From the IMG/VR virus record IMGVR_UViG_3300049215_000190: a stretch of DNA of 20,000 nt. One strand, 5' to 3'. The position numbers and the translations under genes were made by a program. This stretch comes from an uncultured virus (IMG/VR IMGVR_UViG_3300049215_000190) (taxonomy: Duplodnaviria > Heunggongvirae > Uroviricota > Caudoviricetes). Positions 1 through 6,669 of the stretch are shown one piece after another. The notes under the pieces are model-generated. The model had not been told where the DNA came from, searched no databases, and saw only the letters and a program-made list of their open reading frames with translations. Every line of letters starts with the position of its first letter. The stretch's first letter is position 1.

Positions 1-9
1 GGATATAAG

Positions 10-420
10 ATGTCAAGAAAGCTCCTATACGGTTTCGCCTTTGGGGCTTTCTTGGCCCTTGCCGGAAACGTAAAAGCCCAAGTTGCCCAGCCGATTTTGC
101 CACAATCGGCCCCGCCGCAAACTTGCATGGCAGGAACTGGGGCGTCGATTGTTTCTGTGGGAACTACTCCTATTACCATTTGTGCAGCAAGTCCAACAGG
201 CAAACGGATTTGGTGGCGAATTACAAACACGGGAAGTCAAACTCTATTTTGTTCCGATGACGGCACAACGCCTACCGCAACTTTCTGGAACTTTACTGTA
301 GCGTCGTCCAGTTGGACCATATCGAGTTTCGATAATGTGTCGCCACTAAATCTTGTTTGTGTTACGGCAAGTAGTACGACAAGCATCACGGCAGATGCGG
401 CACAAAATGGAGCGCCGTAA
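10..420 (+). CDS. Small beta-sandwich protein with Sec-type signal peptide; candidate capsid spike-base/decoration protein
   Basis: 136 aa. N-terminus MSRKLLYGFAFGAFLALAGNVKA|Q has a basic n-region, hydrophobic core and VKA cleavage motif. Mature part is Thr/Ser-rich with a 'KRIWWRITNTGSQTLFCS' pattern like small phage jelly-roll proteins and 4 Cys. Stop abuts the next ATG (TAA ATG). Confidence 0.55.
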   Translation: MSRKLLYGFAFGAFLALAGNVKAQVAQPILPQSAPPQTCMAGTGASIVSVGTTPITICAASPTGKRIWWRITNTGSQTLFCSDDGTTPTATFWNFTVASSSWTISSFDNVSPLNLVCVTASSTTSITADAAQNGAP

Positions 421-2871
421 ATGAATATAAAATTTCGAGAATTGTTGCTTGGAACCGTATTGGTATTTGTCCCGGCAAATGCCTTTGCGCAAATTCCAAG
501 TAACAATGGCGGTGGTGGCGGTGGCGGAACTATTCCGTCAATTCCCTCAACCACGCCGGCCTGTGGAACGGGAGTATCCGGTGCTGTTCAGGCTTGCACA
601 TCATCTACGGCACTGCCGAACGGAACCACGGCAACAACCCAAACAACAAGCGACACGAGCACAAAAGTTGCTACCGATGCATTCGTTGTTAATACAATCA
701 ACGCAAGTGGTGGCGGATACACGCTCCCCACAGCAACTGCAACAACTCTCGGTGGTGTTAAACCCGATGGCACAACAATCAATAACTCGGCCGGTGCAAT
801 CAGCGTAAACTACGGTGCAAGCGCAAATACCGCGGCGCAGGGTAATGACAGTCGGATTGTTAATGCCCTTAGTTCTTCGGTTGCTGCCAGTACTTATGTT
901 CCTATTAACGGCGCTCTAGGAACTCCGTCATCGGGAACGGCGACAAACCTTACAGGTTTGCCTATTTCTACCGGGCTTAGCGGGCTTGGGGCTGGTGTTG
1001 CCGGTGCGTTGGGAAATGCAGTTAACGGCGCGAATGGTATTGTGCTATTCAACGGTATGCTTGGCACGCCTACATCTGGCACAGCAACGAATTTGACCGG
1101 GCTACCAGTTAGCACGGGTCTTTCGGGTCTTGGAACTGGCCTTGCCACGGCGCTGACAAATAGTTTAAACGCTGCAAACGGTCTTGTTGGTTACTCTGGT
1201 GCTCTTGGCACCCCAACTAGCGGCACAGCCACAAATCTAACAGGACTTCCGATATCTACAGGTGTTAGCGGACTGGGAACAGGAATAGCCACTGCCCTAG
1301 CTGCCGCACCGACAGGTTCAGGTTCCGTAGTGTTAGCCACTAGCCCCACCTTAACCACGCCAAATATAGGAACGCCATCAGCGGGAATTGCCACAAATCT
1401 TACTGGTTTACCTTTGACTTCTGGTGTAACAGGGCAGCTTCCCGTTGCTAACGGGGGAACTGGCACAACTACAGGGCTTGCTTCTGCTATTCCAAGTGCG
1501 GCAACAACGGCACCGGAATGTGGTAGTGGTGCTGCTAGTGCGGTAGCTGTCTGCACAAGCACAATGGTTTTGCCGAATGGGGCAAGCGCTACTACACAAA
1601 CAGCAGGTGACGCTACCATTAAGATTGCGACTGATGCGTTTACCGTCAGCGCTATAAATACCGCTGTGCCTTCTATTTCGTCTACAACTGCCGCTTGTGG
1701 TACCGGTGCGGCAGGTGCTGTGCAAGCTTGCGGGTCCACGCTAGTTGAACCAAACGGCACAACGGCAACAACGCAAACTGCCGGTGATAACACAAACAAA
1801 ATTGCCACAGACTTGTTTGTTGCTACGGCAATACCAAGTGGCACAACGTCAACAGTATACGGCGGAACAGGCAACGCTGGGGTTGCTCGCGCTTTAACAC
1901 TTGGCGGAAACCTTGCCATTTCTGGCACTACGTTGACCTCAATTCAACCGACAATTACAACATTTACTACAAACGGAACTTATACTAAAAAATCAACTTC
2001 GTCTATAATTGAAGTTTTGGTTATCGGTGGCGGCGGCGGCGGCGGGTTTGGAGGAACCTATGCGGCAGCTTCTGGTGGATCGGGCGGCGGAGGCGGCGGG
2101 GCTGGTGGAGTAAATTATGGCGCATTTTTAGCGGCTAATGTTTCTTCATCCGTGCCTATAACAGTTGGCACTGCCGGAGCGGCGGGAACAGCAAGTGTTA
2201 CGCCGACAGGAGGCACGCAAGTTGGTCAAGGTGGCTATGGAACACCTTCATATTTCGGCACTCTTATGGCAGCTTCGGGCGGTGGTGGTGGTTCAGCGGG
2301 ATCACTGACAACCGCTTCGGGCGGTGGTTCGGGTGGAGTTAATTACGGATATAACGGCTTCAGTGGAACAACAAGTGCAGGCGGAAATAATGTATATGGC
2401 CAATATGGTGGTTACGGGACAGGGGGGTCTACAAATCAAAATCCATATAACACTGGGGCCGGTGGAGGCACTACTTCTGCTGGTATAGCGAACTCGGGCA
2501 GCAATAGCCAATTCGGTTATACTGGCGGGGGTTCTGGTGGTGGTTTTGCTGTTAGTGGTGCAGCTCAAGTGGGAGGTCAGTCTGGAACTGGTATTTATGC
2601 GGGTGTTATTGCTGTTAATCCAGGCGGATCGACTTGCGTCGCTGGCACAGCGGCTGTGTCTAGTGGTATTTTGTTTGAACAAGTGCAAGAAGGATTGGGC
2701 GCTACTGGTGGTGGCGCTTGTGCCACAGGAAATGGAGGTAGCGGCGGTTCAGGTGCTAGTATATATGGTGCTCCCGGTGGCGGCGGCGGCGCGGGAAGCA
2801 GCACGGCCGGTTATGTAGGTGGTTCCGGCGGCGTAGGTGGTCCGGGTATAGTAGTAGTGGCCGAGTGGTAA
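421..2871 (+). CDS. Gly/Thr-rich repetitive phage fibre protein (head-fibre/tail-fibre-like) with signal peptide
   Basis: 816 aa. Signal-like MNIKFRELLLGTVLVFVPANAFA|Q. Fibre motifs YTLPTATATTLGGVK, AAQGNDSRI, ATTQTxxDxxxKIATDxF (x3) and LPVANGGTG. C-terminal Gly-rich domain starts TFTTNGTYTK...IEVLVIGGGGGGG and ends GIVVVAEW. Confidence 0.7.
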   Translation: MNIKFRELLLGTVLVFVPANAFAQIPSNNGGGGGGGTIPSIPSTTPACGTGVSGAVQACTSSTALPNGTTATTQTTSDTSTKVATDAFVVNTINASGGGYTLPTATATTLGGVKPDGTTINNSAGAISVNYGASANTAAQGNDSRIVNALSSSVAASTYVPINGALGTPSSGTATNLTGLPISTGLSGLGAGVAGALGNAVNGANGIVLFNGMLGTPTSGTATNLTGLPVSTGLSGLGTGLATALTNSLNAANGLVGYSGALGTPTSGTATNLTGLPISTGVSGLGTGIATALAAAPTGSGSVVLATSPTLTTPNIGTPSAGIATNLTGLPLTSGVTGQLPVANGGTGTTTGLASAIPSAATTAPECGSGAASAVAVCTSTMVLPNGASATTQTAGDATIKIATDAFTVSAINTAVPSISSTTAACGTGAAGAVQACGSTLVEPNGTTATTQTAGDNTNKIATDLFVATAIPSGTTSTVYGGTGNAGVARALTLGGNLAISGTTLTSIQPTITTFTTNGTYTKKSTSSIIEVLVIGGGGGGGFGGTYAAASGGSGGGGGGAGGVNYGAFLAANVSSSVPITVGTAGAAGTASVTPTGGTQVGQGGYGTPSYFGTLMAASGGGGGSAGSLTTASGGGSGGVNYGYNGFSGTTSAGGNNVYGQYGGYGTGGSTNQNPYNTGAGGGTTSAGIANSGSNSQFGYTGGGSGGGFAVSGAAQVGGQSGTGIYAGVIAVNPGGSTCVAGTAAVSSGILFEQVQEGLGATGGGACATGNGGSGGSGASIYGAPGGGGGAGSSTAGYVGGSGGVGGPGIVVVAEW
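532..1821 (+). repeat. Three dispersed ~52-aa coding repeats (PS-x-TTxACGxGxxGAVQAC-x-PNGxTATTQT-x-KIATDAF) at ~532-690, ~1489-1644 and ~1666-1821
   Basis: Visible in the translation of 421..2871. Each copy has a C-x10-C pair. A Cys-less degenerate fourth copy starts near 1831. Confidence 0.85.
910..1413 (+). repeat. Tandem 48-aa (144-nt) coding repeat GALGTPxSGTATNLTGLPISTGLSGLG
   Basis: Copies start at 910, 1054 and 1198, exactly 144 nt apart. A partial fourth copy lies at ~1363-1413. Wobble positions have diverged. Confidence 0.9.
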
Positions 2872-2879
2872 TATAACTT

Positions 2880-4412
2880 ATGTCGCCCGCTTTTGCCTTA
2901 TTATTAGCCGAAATGTGCTATGCCGGTTTGGTAAACAGATATCAGCAAACTATCGGTATAGACACGTTAGGTGTTGTCAATGATCCCATCGGGGCTCATG
3001 TAGCGGCAAACACGGCGGCGTATCAAGCTGCGTTAAATACGTATGCTGGAAGTGTTCGGTTAGTTCAATCGGCCAATTTAACAGTTATATTAAACGCGTC
3101 TTTGAATGTTCCATCAAATACAACATTGCAGATAGATGGAGTGCTGAAAGCCGAAACTACCGGATCAACCATTCAATCGGTATTAAACCCAAGCAACGCT
3201 TCTGGGATTTTACTTGAAGGTCAAGGTGTAATTGATGCGCAAAATGTCGCCATTTCGTGTTTTGGTCCAGCAAATTTATCAAATTCCGTAATACGTGGAC
3301 TTACGCTTCAAAATTCCGTAAATTGGAATATTAACGTAATACAATCATTTCGCGTTTATGCTATAGGTTGCACGTTTATTAACGGTAATAGTTCTAATGA
3401 GTTTGCGGCCGGTTGTGTTGATTGTTGGTTTATTGGTTGTATTGTTCCTACAGGCACCTTGGGAGATTTAACGCTTGGGTTTTACGGTAATTGCGCTACT
3501 TGTGGGGCAATCGGTTGTTTGCTTTGGAATTGCAACAATGTTGGGATATTTGTTTTAAATGATGCTGATCAACCTGGGCTATGCACGGATATTTTGATTG
3601 ACAATAATAGATTAGTTGAGTGTGCTTTAGCGGCAATATTTATCGGTTCAAATTTAACAGGAAGTGGTAATCATACAAATATAACAATATCCAACAACAT
3701 TACTTGTGGAGGCAAAAACGGTGGGATACAACTTAATTTTGCCAGTCAGGTTAAAGTTTATAATAATCGGTCTTACGGTAATACTTTGAGCGGAAACCAA
3801 GGCGATATAGCCGTTTACGCAAATGTTCAATTTTGCTCAATTAAAGATAATCTGATTTTTGACACAGCGGGATTTGGAATACACATAGACGAGGGAAACA
3901 GTGTTGAGATTTGCGACAATACACTGCATGAAAGCCGAGTTCCGGCTGTAATGCTCGGAGCTTTTGGCGGCACTACTTTACAATATTGTTTGACATATAA
4001 TAATAACCTCGGCACGTTTGCGGGAGCAGCAGACCAAATAACTTATGATGCTACGTCTCTAGTGTTTTCCGAAAATCAGCTTTTCGTGCCAGAGAGTACT
4101 ACGCAACAGGTTAGTCTTCCAGGTTCCGTAAGTTCATTTTTAAAACAGTATCCGTCTACTAGCTCAATAGGAAAATTGATTGTGTCGTCCAACGATCAAC
4201 AAGGTTTAGTAACATTGCCGCCGGGCATAACGACATATACAACCCAATTTAGCCCGGCATTTACAGACCAGCCGATTATATTTTGTTGGATTTCACAATT
4301 AGGTGTGCAACTGTCTTATATTGCTACGTTGACTAGTTTGCAAGTTTCGGTTCCAAGCAACCCCACGGGTTGCACGATTACTTGGGTAGCGTTGAGTCCG
4401 ATTAACGCTTAG
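2880..4412 (+). CDS. Right-handed parallel beta-helix (pectate-lyase-like) spike / putative polysaccharide depolymerase
   Basis: 510 aa. Glyco_hydro_55-like lead-in (LGVVND...NTAAYQAALN, SLNVPSNTTLQIDGVL, ILLEGQGVIDAQ) and Asn/Cys-ladder rungs (ILIDNN, ITISNN, VKVYNN, SIKDN, VEICDN). C-terminal FSPAFTDQPIIF...ITWVAL resembles fibre-tip beta-sandwich modules. Confidence 0.75.
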   Translation: MSPAFALLLAEMCYAGLVNRYQQTIGIDTLGVVNDPIGAHVAANTAAYQAALNTYAGSVRLVQSANLTVILNASLNVPSNTTLQIDGVLKAETTGSTIQSVLNPSNASGILLEGQGVIDAQNVAISCFGPANLSNSVIRGLTLQNSVNWNINVIQSFRVYAIGCTFINGNSSNEFAAGCVDCWFIGCIVPTGTLGDLTLGFYGNCATCGAIGCLLWNCNNVGIFVLNDADQPGLCTDILIDNNRLVECALAAIFIGSNLTGSGNHTNITISNNITCGGKNGGIQLNFASQVKVYNNRSYGNTLSGNQGDIAVYANVQFCSIKDNLIFDTAGFGIHIDEGNSVEICDNTLHESRVPAVMLGAFGGTTLQYCLTYNNNLGTFAGAADQITYDATSLVFSENQLFVPESTTQQVSLPGSVSSFLKQYPSTSSIGKLIVSSNDQQGLVTLPPGITTYTTQFSPAFTDQPIIFCWISQLGVQLSYIATLTSLQVSVPSNPTGCTITWVALSPINA

Positions 4413-4433
4413 AGGGAAAGTAAAGAAACTGCC

Positions 4434-6632
4434 ATGAATGATTTTCAGATTTTTATGCCGATAATGAAGATGGACAAAGATAATCGGACAGTTTCCGGTT
4501 ATGCTTCCACGCCATCAAAAGACTCGGACGGCGAAATCATCACTCTTGAAGCGGTTAAAAAAGCTTTGCCTGATTATATGGCTTGGGGCAATATTCGCGA
4601 AATGCACCAACTGTCGGCAGTGGGCACGGCAGAAGAAGCGAATATTGACAAACGCGGGCTTTATTTGACCGCGAAAATTGTCGATGACGAAGCTTGGAAA
4701 AAGTGCCAAAGCGGCGTTTACAAAGGTTTTAGCATCGGAGGACGGAAGCTGGGCAAAGACGGAAACAAAATTACCGCAATCGACATGACGGAAATATCTG
4801 TCGTTGATCGCCCGGCCAATTCCGACTGTAGTTTTGCTTTGGCAAAACGGGAAAAAGACCTTGTAGCGCCTGCGCTCGGTTTTTTAGTCAAGGTTGAAAA
4901 AACGCCAGAAGCAAAAGAGGCGAAAAAGCTTGCTAAGGCGCAAAAGTTGGCCGAAGCACTAGCAAAAGCTGGACCGCCCGCGGCAAAAGACGGCCTGAGT
5001 TTGCCAGCGCCTGCGGCAAAAACCGAGCCTAGCCCAAAAGACTCGAGCGTTCAAAACAACAAAGCCGAAGGGGAACCAGTACAAAGCCCGGCGGAAAAAT
5101 CTGCCGACAAGCCATACGGTGATGTAACCTACGCCGATCCAGGCCACCGCAAAGACGGCAAAGCTCGTTATCCCATTGACTCGGAGGATCACATCCGTGC
5201 GGCATGGAACTATATTCATAAGCCTAAAAATGCCAAGAAGTATGGAAACGATGACTTGGCATCGGTCAAAAACAAAATCATCGCAGCTTGGAAGGAGAAA
5301 ATCCACAAGGACGGCCCGCCGAGCATCGCAGGCAAGGATACGAACAAGGCGGCAAGTGCCGATGCGCTGCTAACCTTGCCGTTTATGGAACTAGGCAAAG
5401 CCGCAAAAGTCAAGCCAACGGGGATTGTTTTTCCTCGGGAGCTTGAGTTGAAGAAGTCCATGAACACGGTAGGCTCCCTATCGTATGTTTTCGACAGTCT
5501 GCGTAGCGCACAGCGTAGTTTGATCCACGAAGGCAAAGCCGAAGGCGGTGATAAAAAGGATCAAGGTTTGGCCATGAAACTCGGCCGGATAGCAAAGGAT
5601 CTTTCCGGTATTATCAGCCAGAAAGCCGAACATGAGGGTGCCGAGGCTCTCGACTTGTCTGATGCGGAAGATCAATGGGTAAGAACACTTTTAGGAGAAG
5701 ATGAAATGTCGGATAACTATGCCGCCGCCGCTGGCGGTGATCCTCTGGAAAATGCCGTGCTAAGCCTTATGAAACGGGCAGCTACGCCGAGCCCGATGCA
5801 GCGGTTCAGCAAAGCGAATGATATGATGAAGCAGACCCGAAAAGCGGCAAAAGAGGCGTGCAAGACTCTCAAGGCCGTGCATGACATGCACAAGGCGGCA
5901 TTTTTGGCCAAAGCGGCCAAAGTGAAGAAGAAGGACGATACGAAGCCTGACGATGACGATTTTGATCACGCAGGCGCAATGGAAAAGCTTCAGAAAGCCT
6001 ATGGTGAAATGGAAAAAGCACGGACTTTTGGCAAAGCTGCCATGGGTCAGATGGCGAAGGGCATGGCGGGGCGTTCGGGCCAAAAAGGTCAAGAAGCTGG
6101 TGATCCGGTGTCGGGCGTTTACGAAGTTCCGCCCGGCATCATGGACTTGAGCCCGCGTGATATTGCCACGGCCGGTCCTGGTGGTGGTCAGCGCGGTTCG
6201 GCCCCGCCGCTGTATCCCGACGACGGAAGTGTTTATGCAGGCAAAGCCGTCGGCGCAAACGACTTGGCAAAATACGCCAAGAACGGTGTGGTTAGCCTTG
6301 AAACGGCTCAGTTGCTGATGGAGAAAGCATCGGCAGAAAGCGAGCTTGCGGCACTTCGTCGTATGCCCGCAAACTTCTCTGGCGGCCGTCGTCCGATGGC
6401 ATTCGACACGTCAAAGGTGTTTGACGTGGGCAGCAATGGTCATGTCATGAGTCAACAGGACATCAACAAGGCGCTGTTTGACGGTGTGAATACCAACGCT
6501 ATCGGCAGCGGTGATGAGCGGGCGCATACCGAAGCAAGCGCCAAAGCTATCGGCAACTTTTTGACCTCGGGCCATTTTGGTAAATCCATTATGGACCCGG
6601 CGTTCAAAGGTGCCGCTGGCGGTAAGAGTTAA
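4434..6632 (+). CDS. Prohead (capsid maturation) serine protease, HK97/XkdF-like, fused to a DUF6582-like domain and a scaffold region
   Basis: 732 aa. N-terminal ~140 aa carry RTVSGYAST, DSDGEII, NIREMH (His), YKGFSIGG (Ser) and EISVVDRPAN. YGDVTYADPG...YPIDSEDHIRAAWNYI domain at ~5109-5324. Lys/Ala-rich helical C-terminus. Lies directly upstream of the capsid gene. Confidence 0.9.
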   Translation: MNDFQIFMPIMKMDKDNRTVSGYASTPSKDSDGEIITLEAVKKALPDYMAWGNIREMHQLSAVGTAEEANIDKRGLYLTAKIVDDEAWKKCQSGVYKGFSIGGRKLGKDGNKITAIDMTEISVVDRPANSDCSFALAKREKDLVAPALGFLVKVEKTPEAKEAKKLAKAQKLAEALAKAGPPAAKDGLSLPAPAAKTEPSPKDSSVQNNKAEGEPVQSPAEKSADKPYGDVTYADPGHRKDGKARYPIDSEDHIRAAWNYIHKPKNAKKYGNDDLASVKNKIIAAWKEKIHKDGPPSIAGKDTNKAASADALLTLPFMELGKAAKVKPTGIVFPRELELKKSMNTVGSLSYVFDSLRSAQRSLIHEGKAEGGDKKDQGLAMKLGRIAKDLSGIISQKAEHEGAEALDLSDAEDQWVRTLLGEDEMSDNYAAAAGGDPLENAVLSLMKRAATPSPMQRFSKANDMMKQTRKAAKEACKTLKAVHDMHKAAFLAKAAKVKKKDDTKPDDDDFDHAGAMEKLQKAYGEMEKARTFGKAAMGQMAKGMAGRSGQKGQEAGDPVSGVYEVPPGIMDLSPRDIATAGPGGGQRGSAPPLYPDDGSVYAGKAVGANDLAKYAKNGVVSLETAQLLMEKASAESELAALRRMPANFSGGRRPMAFDTSKVFDVGSNGHVMSQQDINKALFDGVNTNAIGSGDERAHTEASAKAIGNFLTSGHFGKSIMDPAFKGAAGGKS
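5706..6632 (+). CDS. Putative nested in-frame scaffold protein (~308 aa)
   Basis: AGGAGA at 5693-5698 lies 7 nt before an in-frame ATG at 5706 (MSDNYAAAAGG). Analogous to lambda C/Nu3 and Mu I/Z. Confidence 0.55.
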   Translation: MSDNYAAAAGGDPLENAVLSLMKRAATPSPMQRFSKANDMMKQTRKAAKEACKTLKAVHDMHKAAFLAKAAKVKKKDDTKPDDDDFDHAGAMEKLQKAYGEMEKARTFGKAAMGQMAKGMAGRSGQKGQEAGDPVSGVYEVPPGIMDLSPRDIATAGPGGGQRGSAPPLYPDDGSVYAGKAVGANDLAKYAKNGVVSLETAQLLMEKASAESELAALRRMPANFSGGRRPMAFDTSKVFDVGSNGHVMSQQDINKALFDGVNTNAIGSGDERAHTEASAKAIGNFLTSGHFGKSIMDPAFKGAAGGKS

Positions 6633-6669
6633 GTTTCAACGGTTTTAATGCTTGATTGGGGGTAAAGTA

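Noticed and set aside
1191..1928. 245-aa minus-strand ORF, plus 588..782 and 894..1148
   Set aside because: Antisense shadows of the Thr/Gly/Ala repeat fibre gene. They mirror its repeats and have no independent motifs.
421..2871. Autotransporter, PE-PGRS or collagen call for the Gly-rich protein
   Set aside because: No beta-barrel or YadA anchor, no PE domain and no sustained Gly-X-Y triplets. Phage fibre motifs fit better.
6652..6669. Track start of the capsid gene at TTG 6652
   Set aside because: ATG 6670 has a well-spaced GGGGGT SD, and the extension overlaps that SD.
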